Virus record (IMG/VR): IMGVR_UViG_3300028107_000045
DNA length: 64,000 bases
Strand: one strand, 5' to 3'
Source of the DNA: an uncultured virus (IMG/VR IMGVR_UViG_3300028107_000045)
Taxonomy: Duplodnaviria; Heunggongvirae; Uroviricota; Caudoviricetes
A program made the position numbers and the translations under genes. The notes beneath the pieces are model-generated. The model did not search any database. It worked only from the letters and a program-made list of their open reading frames with translations, and was not told the DNA's origin. Shown here piece after piece: positions 29,535-38,524 of this stretch (within the stretch, counting starts at the first letter, position 1; every line of letters begins with the position of its first letter).

Positions 29535-31105
29535 CTGATAAAGCAAAAACCGAAACCGTGACCAAAGAAAAACTTCCTGGGAAGAAGCCGGAACTCGCTG
29601 TGGTGTCCCCACCGGCAACTGCCAAGGTAGTGAAGGTATTCACCAAAGACGACCAAGCGGCTGCCAAGAAACCAGAAAAGGTAGACGGCCCCAAGTCATT
29701 CAAGTTCGGTCCGTTTGATTCGGAAACCGTCAGCGATATCGGCGGCGCAGGCTCCGCAGTACTGGACGCAATGGTAAAGGCTGGCCAGACCAAAGCTATG
29801 TTCGAAGAACTGGGGCGCCCTATGGGGCATTTCGGTAATCGTAAGGCGCCTAAGGGAATGTATGTTCCTAAGCTGTCTGATATCGAAACCGATAAGGTTT
29901 ATACCCGTGGCGAATTCAATGCCGCTACCCATGGTCTGTGGGTAATGGGTATCAAGCTCAAGCCTGTTGCTACCGGCGTGCGCAAGAAAGCCAATGCTGG
30001 GCCTTACTACAGTTCCGGTTTTGACGTCGACCTGGGTCTCGATCCTAGTCAGAATCTGTTCACCTACCGTAGCCACATGACCGAGATCAAGCCGGACATG
30101 GAGTTCTCGGTTTACCAGTTCGAGTCGGAAGGCAAGATCCATACCTACATGCTGGACTCTACGTCCAAAGTGTGGATCATGGAAGACCAAACCGATCGTC
30201 TGGCCATGCCTTGGGTCACCGCCAAGCGTCAGATCCGCCACGACATGGGTAGTGCGGTAATCATGGTGGGCGCCACCATCACCCACAGTACCTGCTACAA
30301 TGCGGTTACCCTGATCGGTGGTGTCCATCGGGCTTGCTTGTTCTCTGATTCCAGCGTGAACTGCCTGGAAGAAGATAAGAAGGAGCTCGATCTGCCATGG
30401 GGTGGTCGTAAACACGATGGTCGTGACGATTCCTACGATCTGAACCAATGCTACTTGGAACGTACCCACGCCATTCGTAGTAAGCTGTCGGGCGGTAGCT
30501 ACTTCCAGTCGCATATCCGTGACTCCAAGGTCGAATGCCCAAGCAATGTAAAAATTGACATGTCACATCTGACCAATGCCAAGCTCTCTTCCAACAACAT
30601 GATCATGTTGCACGGTGCTACACTCACCGACTACTGGATCCGTTGTAACCGGAACCTGTTGCTGGCTAGCCAGACCCTGAAAGACGGCAACCTGGAAGTC
30701 GACGAACTGTTCGCACTGAACAAACTGGGGATCTCGACGTTCGACAACCCGTTCGGTAGTTCGTACAACGTGATCAAACTGATCATGGTTGATCGTGACA
30801 CCATGGAGCTGCAAAAAGGTAGCTCCACGGATCGTTGCAAACTCCGTACGTTCAAGGCTGATTACGCATTGCGTGATGACGTCGAAGTCTGGGTAGAGAA
30901 GGCTCTGGCTACCTACGATCGTTACAATGACGATCCGGACCAGCAACCTACTACCTCGACTGACATTATCACCAAGTCGATGATTCGCTACCTGGTGGAT
31001 TCCATCATGTCGCGGATCGGTGTGATCAAGACCGCTAACCAGGCGATCGAGATCGGCCGTATGTTGGAATCGCGTGAAGCATCTGACATGCTGAACTATT
31101 TCTAA
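29531..31105 (+). CDS. Hypothetical protein
   Basis: 524 aa, ATGA-coupled to ligA; Lys-rich N-terminus; no family recognised. Confidence 0.8.
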   Translation: MTDKAKTETVTKEKLPGKKPELAVVSPPATAKVVKVFTKDDQAAAKKPEKVDGPKSFKFGPFDSETVSDIGGAGSAVLDAMVKAGQTKAMFEELGRPMGHFGNRKAPKGMYVPKLSDIETDKVYTRGEFNAATHGLWVMGIKLKPVATGVRKKANAGPYYSSGFDVDLGLDPSQNLFTYRSHMTEIKPDMEFSVYQFESEGKIHTYMLDSTSKVWIMEDQTDRLAMPWVTAKRQIRHDMGSAVIMVGATITHSTCYNAVTLIGGVHRACLFSDSSVNCLEEDKKELDLPWGGRKHDGRDDSYDLNQCYLERTHAIRSKLSGGSYFQSHIRDSKVECPSNVKIDMSHLTNAKLSSNNMIMLHGATLTDYWIRCNRNLLLASQTLKDGNLEVDELFALNKLGISTFDNPFGSSYNVIKLIMVDRDTMELQKGSSTDRCKLRTFKADYALRDDVEVWVEKALATYDRYNDDPDQQPTTSTDIITKSMIRYLVDSIMSRIGVIKTANQAIEIGRMLESREASDMLNYF

Positions 31106-31117
31106 CGCTTGATACCG

Positions 31118-31137
31118 GGGAGGGGTAACACCCTCCC
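31118..31137 (+). terminator. Hairpin terminator
   Basis: GGGAGGG...CCCTCCC after the stop codon. Confidence 0.55.
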
Positions 31138-31152
31138 TAGTTAGAGGTATTT

Positions 31153-31695
31153 ATGTCCGCTAAGTTTTTTCATAAACGTAAGGCTAAACCAGACAATCGT
31201 CAGATTAAGGAAGCGCTGAAACAGAACCCGTATATCTGCTATACTGACGGTGGCTGTAAGAACAACCCAGGCCCTGGTGGTTACGGTGCGGTAATTATCA
31301 ATAACGACGTTGTAGTAAAGATGTCGGAAGGTTATAACCTCACTACTAACAACCGCATGGAAATGATGGGGGTAATTGCGGTACTGGAAGAATTCGGTCC
31401 AGGTAAGCATTTCATTATCTGTACTGACTCCCAATACACCATCAACGGTTGTACCCTGTGGGTTAAGAACTGGGTACGTAATAACTGGATGACTGCTCAA
31501 ACCGGTGAACCAGTTAAGAATGCCGATCTATGGGCAGTGATGGATGAACTGCTCAAGCTTAACAAGGTAGCATTCTACAAAGTACCTGGTCACGCCGGTG
31601 ACCCGTTTAACGAAATGGCTGACGAACTCGCTGACGAAGCTGCCAAAAATCCAACACTTGATGACACTGGCTACGTAGCCAGCTTAGGCTCCTGA
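31153..31695 (+). CDS. rnhA: Ribonuclease HI
   Basis: YTDGGCKNNPGPGGYG, TTNNRMEMM, TDSQY, VKNADLW, VPGHAG, NEMADELA. Confidence 0.95.
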   Translation: MSAKFFHKRKAKPDNRQIKEALKQNPYICYTDGGCKNNPGPGGYGAVIINNDVVVKMSEGYNLTTNNRMEMMGVIAVLEEFGPGKHFIICTDSQYTINGCTLWVKNWVRNNWMTAQTGEPVKNADLWAVMDELLKLNKVAFYKVPGHAGDPFNEMADELADEAAKNPTLDDTGYVASLGS

Positions 31696-31696
31696 A

Positions 31697-32401
31697 ATGT
31701 CCGATAACCCGCAATTCGATTTCATTCACAAAGAGTCATATTCGCAACGTTGCATTTCCCCGGAATGGATTAATACCCGGGCTGCTGCACTGGGTGGGGG
31801 TGACGATGCTATCCATCAGGCTATTACCGAAGCGTTTGACCAGTTGATGGTGCGTATCGGTGATAACCGTGACTACGATCGTGATCCAATCGTCTACCCA
31901 CCGGATAACGTTGGTGACCCCTACGTTATGTTGATCCCGATCAAAAACGTAACCAAGAAAGCTAAAACTGAAACCCCAGCTCGTCTGCATGTCGCTAATC
32001 CAGATAATCGCCGGTCTTCGGTTCGTGAAGAATTCGAGATCCTGATCTTTGAGATAGAGCCATCCCTCAATAAGGAGGACTTGGCCAGAGACGCGGACGG
32101 TAACTACATTAACCAGCGGGTACAGGACAAGTGGGTTGGGTTCTTCCTGTACCACTTCAAACTGACCCAGACCAAATCGGCTACCTTCAAGGATATCCAC
32201 AACAATATCCTGGGTCGCTATGTAATCGGTAAGGTAGGTAAGAATGGGGTTGCGCTGTTCAACCGTGCCCCTTACCGTCACCTGACACTTAAAGATGCTA
32301 CTACAGAAGCAGTTCGTTTGGTAGCAGAGACTAAAGAAGCCTTTGGTATTTTCCGTTGTCTCGATGTATTCGGGACACCGGTTGAGGAGTATGATCGATG
32401 A
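31697..32401 (+). CDS. Hypothetical modular protein
   Basis: 234 aa; N-terminal degenerate Trp motif (CISPEWINTR). Confidence 0.75.
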   Translation: MSDNPQFDFIHKESYSQRCISPEWINTRAAALGGGDDAIHQAITEAFDQLMVRIGDNRDYDRDPIVYPPDNVGDPYVMLIPIKNVTKKAKTETPARLHVANPDNRRSSVREEFEILIFEIEPSLNKEDLARDADGNYINQRVQDKWVGFFLYHFKLTQTKSATFKDIHNNILGRYVIGKVGKNGVALFNRAPYRHLTLKDATTEAVRLVAETKEAFGIFRCLDVFGTPVEEYDR

Positions 32402-32745
32402 ATAATTTGGTACTAGCGGAAGAATACGTACAGCTTGTAAATGACCGGCGTTGTGAGCCTAGTGCTTACCACTCTATCGACAAGCTGTATAAAGAGTTGG
32501 TGTACAGTCGTCATTCGTTCACCGTGTTCAATGAGCGTGACAACGTACTGGGTGTTTACAACCGCACTGGCTTGTTGCCGATGGTATTGATCTACGACTA
32601 CAAGCGTGCGTTCAGTCCAATCTGCTACATCCGTAAGTCCGACACTGGCATTGAAGTTTATGTCAAGCGTAGCGAGCTCCAGGATATCGAGGAACTTATC
32701 GATATCGTGAAAGCCTCCATGAACGAGATGATCATTAAGGGGTAA
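32398..32745 (+). CDS. Hypothetical protein
   Basis: GAGGAG RBS, ATGA coupling. Confidence 0.75.
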   Translation: MNNLVLAEEYVQLVNDRRCEPSAYHSIDKLYKELVYSRHSFTVFNERDNVLGVYNRTGLLPMVLIYDYKRAFSPICYIRKSDTGIEVYVKRSELQDIEELIDIVKASMNEMIIKG

Positions 32746-32747
32746 GT

Positions 32748-33083
32748 ATGCCGCAGTTCTCCTTCCTCCGTGTGCGTAGTACAACACTGAATAAACCGCA
32801 CCAAGAACGTTACCTGGACTTCCGTAAACACCCCCATATCGACTTGGCTGTTGATATGGCCGCGGCTAGCCTGTTTAACCGTACGGAAGACGCTACTCGC
32901 CACGCCCAGGTCTACTACGACAAACTCGTCAAAAGTCCGCAGTTGATCAATGCCTATTTGGGTAAAGAGTCCGAAGTAACTGTGGTCATTGACGTAATCC
33001 ATTACACCGGTGAGTACGTTACCTCTTTGGTAGCTACTACCGAAACCCTCCACAAGATCCGGTTTGTGCCCAAGCACATCTAA
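32748..33083 (+). CDS. Hypothetical protein
   Basis: AAGGGG RBS, tight packing. Confidence 0.7.
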   Translation: MPQFSFLRVRSTTLNKPHQERYLDFRKHPHIDLAVDMAAASLFNRTEDATRHAQVYYDKLVKSPQLINAYLGKESEVTVVIDVIHYTGEYVTSLVATTETLHKIRFVPKHI

Positions 33084-33093
33084 TCAAGGATTG

Positions 33094-33453
33094 ATGATGA
33101 AACATAACGATAATAAACTGCCGGAGGCGCTTAAGAAATTAAGTGCCCTGCGCAAGCCACAACGCTTTTACACCATAGGGGAAGGACGTTACACCGTCCT
33201 GTTCAAACGTACTGTCCGCCGGGGGCCTACGCGAACAGCGAGCAGCACTGCACTGGTACCCGAGTCTTTTGTAGGCGCGCTTTATATCTACGACTCGGAA
33301 TCCCATGAGCGCTCACCAATTTACACTGTCGATGAAGTAGGTATCCTGGGACTGCATGGCACTAAACCTGCTGTAGTAGAACAGCTCACCCTTATCGACG
33401 ACCTGGTCATCAAAACGCTACGTATGGCAACTACTATGGATGGGATGAAATAA
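33094..33453 (+). CDS. Hypothetical protein
   Basis: AAGGA RBS before ATG 33094/33097. Confidence 0.7.
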   Translation: MMKHNDNKLPEALKKLSALRKPQRFYTIGEGRYTVLFKRTVRRGPTRTASSTALVPESFVGALYIYDSESHERSPIYTVDEVGILGLHGTKPAVVEQLTLIDDLVIKTLRMATTMDGMK

Positions 33454-33614
33454 TGGAAAGTAAGTACCTGATGGAAATTGACGAGTACACCTTCAGCTAC
33501 ATCGGTATTCCGGGGGCTGATGAAGCTGCTCGTCGCCTGGGTAAGAAGTGTGTCAAGGGCGACACCATTGTCCGCGTCCAGGTCAAGAACCCTCGTTATA
33601 AGCTCAAGGACTAA
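33453..33614 (+). CDS. Small basic protein (53 aa), not in the ORF track
   Basis: MESKYLMEIDEYTFSYIGIPGADEAARRLGKKCVKGDTIVRVQVKNPRYKLKD; TAATG coupling; fills the gap exactly. Confidence 0.7.
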   Translation: MESKYLMEIDEYTFSYIGIPGADEAARRLGKKCVKGDTIVRVQVKNPRYKLKD

Positions 33615-33616
33615 TC

Positions 33617-33916
33617 ATGTATCGTTTCTACAAGCACAATAACGAGTGGCGTTTCATCGAGAAAGGTGCCGAGCAATCCCAAGTTATCAACACTTTTGCT
33701 TTGGAGCATGTGCTGGGTGTCGTAGGTGCTCGTCCAGTGCGCATCACTGTGCCGCAGCCCGATAAGAATGAGTTTTACGTATACGTCGAGAATGGTTTCA
33801 TCACCAAGGTCGAGCACGTGTACGAAGAAAACGCTTATCACGATGAAGCTAACGAGACCGGCGCGTATATCGCGACTCGTGTGGTAGAGAAAACCGAATT
33901 CTTTATTAAGGGCTGA
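33617..33916 (+). CDS. Hypothetical protein
   Basis: AAGGA RBS, 99 aa. Confidence 0.75.
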   Translation: MYRFYKHNNEWRFIEKGAEQSQVINTFALEHVLGVVGARPVRITVPQPDKNEFYVYVENGFITKVEHVYEENAYHDEANETGAYIATRVVEKTEFFIKG

Positions 33917-33919
33917 GTT

Positions 33920-34162
33920 ATGGAAAACCGTTACCCATTAAGCAAGTTTCGTCGTCGTGTAGTTGCCGAGACAATGAACTACAAGGTAAAGCCAGAATTC
34001 CTGTTCTTTGCCAAACGTCACCACCTGCAAACGGTTAGTGGCGACACCAATGAAGAGCGCACTGGCATTCGAACTGCTGCTCTTCGTGCTTACAAGCGTA
34101 TCAAGCGATCTCGCGGCACCATTGTGTCTATTGGTGTCAAAAACCTAGAACATAAAGAGTGA
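33920..34162 (+). CDS. Small basic protein
   Basis: 80 aa; C-terminus similar to the proteins at 33453 and 36403. Confidence 0.7.
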   Translation: MENRYPLSKFRRRVVAETMNYKVKPEFLFFAKRHHLQTVSGDTNEERTGIRTAALRAYKRIKRSRGTIVSIGVKNLEHKE

Positions 34163-34172
34163 GGATGGGGTT

Positions 34173-34409
34173 ATGCCTCATTGGGATGATGACGACCCTC
34201 CAGGCTGGTTTATAATCGCACTATTTATAATTATCGTATTTTGTTTGTTTGGGATGTACAAAGGGTTTAACAGTTGGCGAGAAGCCTCTAATAAAGCCCG
34301 TTGTGAAGGCCTGCACAACAACTTCGATTGCCGTGTGCGACAACAAATAAAAGCTGACGCTAGGTTAGAGATTAAGCGCCAGGAAAAGATCATTCGGGAT
34401 AACGAATAA
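34173..34409 (+). CDS. Single-TM membrane protein, CxG...C loop family
   Basis: TM WFIIALFIIIVFCLFGMY followed by CEGLHNNFDC. Confidence 0.7.
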   Translation: MPHWDDDDPPGWFIIALFIIIVFCLFGMYKGFNSWREASNKARCEGLHNNFDCRVRQQIKADARLEIKRQEKIIRDNE

Positions 34410-34419
34410 GGACTTTATT

Positions 34420-35412
34420 GTGGCCATCGATTTACAACATGACGTAGTGGTGTTGTACCACAAGAACTGCCTGGACGGACTGGCATCGGCCTGGGTAGTG
34501 TGGAAAGCCTATAAAGGCGATGTGAGTCTGGTGTCTGTGCAGTACGGCGATGACTTCGTTGAAATGTTTGGCAAGAACTGGGATCTGCTGACTGGTAAGA
34601 CAGTCATCTGTGTTGACTTTGCTTTCAACCTGGCAGAAACCAAAGCCCTGGGTGCAGTAAGCAAGCTCTTGGTACTGGATCACCACGCTACTGCCTGGAA
34701 AGCACTGGAACCCATTGCATGGCGTTCTTGGCCACGAGCTTATGAACAATGGGACCTGGTTAAAGACGATTTCGGTGTACCGGTGGTAGTGGTAGATGAC
34801 CGCCATTCCGGTGCTATGCTGGCCTGGATGTGGTTCAACCCAGGTGCCGAACCGCCTAAGGGTATTGCGCTGGCCGAAGACTACGATTTGTGGCGCTTCG
34901 CATACCCAGAGACCAAGCACTGGTCTGCCGCTGCATTTAGCCACGAACTGAATGTAGAAAACTTCAATCGGGTAATGCAAGCCTCTATTGAAGAAGTGGT
35001 GCAAGAAGGTCGTGCCATCCAGCGTCATATCGACAAGACCGTTAAAGGTCTGTCTAAGCAAGCTCGCCGCTTCATTATTGACGAGTACGACGTACCGGTC
35101 GTCAATGCGAACTCACTGTTCCGTAATGAGCTGGGTGCGTTGCTGGCAATTGACGAACCGTTCTCCATGACGTACACCGACGGTCGTGACGGACGCCAGT
35201 ACTCTTTGCGCAGTAAGAAAGGTACTGGTGTGGATGTAGGTGAGATCGCCAAGCGCTTCGGTGGCGGCGGTCATCCTAACAGCGCTGCTTTCCGAATCCC
35301 CATGGATGACGAACAGTTCTACCACTCACACGCACACCTGTCATCTACCCGTCCGGTTAAAGTAGGTAAAGACTGGATACAAGCACCGCGGTATGCAGAA
35401 GGGGTTAACTGA
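34420..35412 (+). CDS. DHH/DHHA1 family phosphoesterase
   Basis: YHKNCLDG, VDF, LDHH, DYDLW, YSLRS, FGGGGHPNSAAF. Confidence 0.9.
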   Translation: MAIDLQHDVVVLYHKNCLDGLASAWVVWKAYKGDVSLVSVQYGDDFVEMFGKNWDLLTGKTVICVDFAFNLAETKALGAVSKLLVLDHHATAWKALEPIAWRSWPRAYEQWDLVKDDFGVPVVVVDDRHSGAMLAWMWFNPGAEPPKGIALAEDYDLWRFAYPETKHWSAAAFSHELNVENFNRVMQASIEEVVQEGRAIQRHIDKTVKGLSKQARRFIIDEYDVPVVNANSLFRNELGALLAIDEPFSMTYTDGRDGRQYSLRSKKGTGVDVGEIAKRFGGGGHPNSAAFRIPMDDEQFYHSHAHLSSTRPVKVGKDWIQAPRYAEGVN

Positions 35413-35879
35413 TGAGCTGGACTTTCACCAAGAATAATTTCAGCTTTGATGCTTTCAACGTTGGTGGCCCACGTGACAGTGAGATGGTTGCTGCTGAACT
35501 GGAAGCACTCCGTATTAAAGCTTGGGAACGTTTGGCTACTCTGGGGTACTTTGCTCCAGAAGCCAAAGAGCTCCAGTGCTTCAATGTAGAGATCCGTGGC
35601 GGTCGCCATTACTTCGAGTCCCCTGGGCTGCCAGACAAGTTCACCTTCCAGGTAACCACGGTTCAGAAGCCGTCGTATGCGTTTATCATTACTCGTAACT
35701 ACCATATCAAAGGTAAACGGTTCAATGCTGGTAAGTGCTTGGAGCCGTTCACTGCGTGTGGTAAAGAAGGCTTGATCTTTGGTAGCCGTGGTAAGGGCCT
35801 GTATTTGGAACAGTACGAGTCCATCCTGCGCGCGCTCACTGCTTGGAATAAACCTCCAGTCAAAAGGCCAACGAAATGA
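35412..35879 (+). CDS. Hypothetical protein
   Basis: TGATG coupling, 155 aa. Confidence 0.7.
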   Translation: MSWTFTKNNFSFDAFNVGGPRDSEMVAAELEALRIKAWERLATLGYFAPEAKELQCFNVEIRGGRHYFESPGLPDKFTFQVTTVQKPSYAFIITRNYHIKGKRFNAGKCLEPFTACGKEGLIFGSRGKGLYLEQYESILRALTAWNKPPVKRPTK

Positions 35880-36340
35880 ATGAAGGCTCTTGCATTAAAA
35901 AGGTAATGGACATTGGCCAAGAACTAGTTACTGACTTTTTGGCCAATGGTAACATGCGTATCCGCACTACGCAGTTACCCAGCCGATGCCATTTGGTATT
36001 TGCTAAGGTCTGGGATCACACCGAAGTAAATGCTTGTTTGTATGACTTCGAGGTATCGGCTGAACCAGTCTTGGTGTTTGGTCCTAATGTATATGACCCA
36101 CGTCTACCAGATATTGATGCATCCATCTGGTTGGGCTTTGCAGAAAGCGCCAGGCAACAGTTTATCGTCGCCAAAGGGCTTGACAGCATCATTACTAGTA
36201 GTTGGGGTAGAGTTGCTCACGGGCCTGGTGTCGCACGTGCTCGTAAGGACACAGGGTTTATCTCGGAGTCCAGTCCACCCGAGCCAATAATGCCAACAAG
36301 GCCACAAGTAACTTACCTTACTAATGACCAGCCCAAGTGA
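35876..36340 (+). CDS. Hypothetical protein
   Basis: ATGA coupling, 154 aa. Confidence 0.7.
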   Translation: MNEGSCIKKVMDIGQELVTDFLANGNMRIRTTQLPSRCHLVFAKVWDHTEVNACLYDFEVSAEPVLVFGPNVYDPRLPDIDASIWLGFAESARQQFIVAKGLDSIITSSWGRVAHGPGVARARKDTGFISESSPPEPIMPTRPQVTYLTNDQPK

Positions 36341-36347
36341 TCGTATA

Positions 36348-36373
36348 GGCTCTTACCCCTAGGGGTAAGAGCC
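36348..36373. terminator. Perfect 26-bp palindrome / hairpin
   Basis: GGCTCTTACCCCTAGGGGTAAGAGCC is its own reverse complement. Confidence 0.7.
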
Positions 36374-36402
36374 GTACCTTACTTTATTTTTTGGAGTTGT
36401 GT

Positions 36403-36600
36403 ATGGACCTTCCACTAGCTAAAATTGGTGAGAATGGTGGTGCTGATTACATAAAGCATTCCTACTACCATCAAGAGATTCCTAACAAGGAGCAATGCAG
36501 TCGTACGTTAAGAGTCGCTGCGTGTGAGCGTCTTGTAAAAAAGATTAAAAAGGGCTCCTGTATTACACAGATAAGTGTCCGTAGCAAGGTCAAGGAGTAA
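36403..36600 (+). CDS. Small basic protein
   Basis: GGAG RBS; C-terminus similar to the proteins at 33453 and 33920. Confidence 0.65.
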   Translation: MDLPLAKIGENGGADYIKHSYYHQEIPNKEQCSRTLRVAACERLVKKIKKGSCITQISVRSKVKE

Positions 36601-36605
36601 AGGAA

Positions 36606-37046
36606 ATGGAACTGGATTTTAGCTATATCAACGTAACACTGCGAGACAACTTGGTAGAGGACGTATTTGCCGCACTCATGGAGGCAGGGTGTGCCCCTAG
36701 TGACAAACACGACCTGCACGTTACCATGATGTACGACGAACGTGAATTGGCTGAACCTTTCTGTTTGCTGGACAGCAGTAAAGAGTTTACAGCTAAGGTC
36801 ATCAGTATGGGTGTGCTGGGGGAAGCTTACGTATTCCACCTTACGTCCCCACAAATGCTCGAAGAATTCCGCCTGCTCAAAGAAGCAGGTTACGAGCACT
36901 CATATGGTACCCCCATGTTCCATATGTCCCTGGGCTACAAACTGTCCCCACACGACCACCTGGCATTAGACCAAGTGTTTGCTACCTGGATGGGGCGTGA
37001 GCTGTATTTCGGCGATATGTCGTTCGGTATCAAGAAAGATAAGTAA
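36606..37046 (+). CDS. 2H phosphoesterase, anti-CBASS Acb1 (T4 57B)-like
   Basis: Two HxT/S motifs (LHVTMMY, FHMSLGY) in a 146-aa stand-alone protein, with flanks resembling T4 Acb1 as recalled. Confidence 0.65.
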   Translation: MELDFSYINVTLRDNLVEDVFAALMEAGCAPSDKHDLHVTMMYDERELAEPFCLLDSSKEFTAKVISMGVLGEAYVFHLTSPQMLEEFRLLKEAGYEHSYGTPMFHMSLGYKLSPHDHLALDQVFATWMGRELYFGDMSFGIKKDK

Positions 37047-37081
37047 TTACTTATGGGCGGTTAATTTAACTTCTAGGCTAT

Positions 37082-37107
37082 TATAAACCTGTATTACTTG
37101 GGTGTAT
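37082..37107 (+). promoter_or_regulatory. Phage early promoter (TATATTAC type)
   Basis: TATAAACCTGTATTACTTGGGTGTAT. Confidence 0.7.
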
Positions 37108-37150
37108 AGGAACAAGAGTTTTGTACTCTTTAATAGTCTAGGAGTTTGTT

Positions 37151-38515
37151 ATGCATCAGTTCGAAACTATCATTGCTGCTGTTGAACTCGCTATCCAGCA
37201 CAGTGTCAACAACGCAATTCCAGCCATCCTGAAAGAGTACATCATGGATGAGCATTACGTTGCCAAACAAGACCGCCACGATCTGCTGGTCTTGATCAAC
37301 AACAAGCTCGACACCAAGTACTCGCTCACTGGTATCAAGAAGGGTAATCCGGTCATCCTGAAAACCCTCCCATTCGAACTGCCAGAGAAAGCAGTTCTGG
37401 TCCGTACGGATAAGGTAATCGGGTCTACCGAAATCCCAGCCGACTCCGCACTGATCTCCCACACCCACACCGCCAACACCGCCCAGCAAGGAACCACCGA
37501 AATGCAAACCAACGCCCAACAGTCCCAAGCCCAAGAATCCAACCAGTCCTCGAACACCGAGCTGCGTAACACCCTGGTCCAGGACAACACCAAGCCAGGC
37601 AACCCAAGCAAGAAAGACAAGGCCAAGAAAGACAAGCGCGTCGAAGTGGCAACCGAAGAAGCCGACCTGGCCAAAGCCGAATCCAAGCGTTTCGCCAAGG
37701 CCTTCGTTGACGCCCACGCCAAGGGCAAGGTCAAGAAAGCTGACCGTCACGTCAAGCTGGCTTTCGGCATGGACTCGATCGACCAGTTCGGCATCAACGT
37801 CATCTACGCTTTCATGCGTCCGACAATCAAGTTCATGGTCAACGCGATCAAGGAACTGCCGGGCATGAAAGACGCTGGCCAGCGCGCCACCGTGTTCGAG
37901 TCCTGGGTCAATGGCGATGAAGACCGCGCCAAGGCCTTCAAGCGTTTCAACAAGCGTGCCAGCAAGGTCCTGGACAAACCAGACCACATCATGGCGATGT
38001 TCCTCCTGCTGTCGGAAGAAAACCTGCGGGTGTCGATCGAGTTCGCCAACTTCGCCTATACCGAGGCCGAGGCGGTGGAGACCGGCGACGACACTTACGC
38101 ATTCGTGCGTGAGAACTCCAATGGTGTCAACCCACGCTGGACCGCAGCCGCTGGCGCTGTGATCGGCGGTACTGTCGACATGGCCATGAACGGCTTCGAC
38201 GTATCGGCCATCGCTGGTGCTGCCATTGCAACTGGTAGTGCGTTCTACGCCGGTGGCCTGCTGGAAGACTCCATCGAGAACCCACACCTGCGCGACTTCG
38301 CTGCTGGTGCACTCGGCGGCATCATGGGCGTTGGTGGTGCACGTATCGGCCGAAACATCGGCCGTGCACTGAGCGACGATGACGAAACCATGGTAGAGCA
38401 ATCCGACTCCACTGTGGTAGCGACCATCCCTGCTCAGGTCATCACCCAGCGTACCGAACCAGTGCACGAGTCCGGTGGCATGCTCACTGGCCTGGCTGCG
38501 CTGATGGCTGGCTAA
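37151..38515 (+). CDS. Early, probably highly expressed protein with C-terminal glycine-zipper membrane region
   Basis: Own promoter and terminator, TAGGAG RBS, strong C-ending codon bias, AAAGAVIGG / AIAGAAIATG / AAGALGGIMGVGG segments. Confidence 0.75.
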   Translation: MHQFETIIAAVELAIQHSVNNAIPAILKEYIMDEHYVAKQDRHDLLVLINNKLDTKYSLTGIKKGNPVILKTLPFELPEKAVLVRTDKVIGSTEIPADSALISHTHTANTAQQGTTEMQTNAQQSQAQESNQSSNTELRNTLVQDNTKPGNPSKKDKAKKDKRVEVATEEADLAKAESKRFAKAFVDAHAKGKVKKADRHVKLAFGMDSIDQFGINVIYAFMRPTIKFMVNAIKELPGMKDAGQRATVFESWVNGDEDRAKAFKRFNKRASKVLDKPDHIMAMFLLLSEENLRVSIEFANFAYTEAEAVETGDDTYAFVRENSNGVNPRWTAAAGAVIGGTVDMAMNGFDVSAIAGAAIATGSAFYAGGLLEDSIENPHLRDFAAGALGGIMGVGGARIGRNIGRALSDDDETMVEQSDSTVVATIPAQVITQRTEPVHESGGMLTGLAALMAG

Positions 38516-38524
38516 ACCTCAACT

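Noticed and set aside
37130..38467. 445-aa minus-strand ORF as an antisense or overprinted gene
   Set aside because: Mirrors the strongly codon-biased plus-strand gene, which suppresses antisense stops; promoter, RBS and terminator all support the plus strand.
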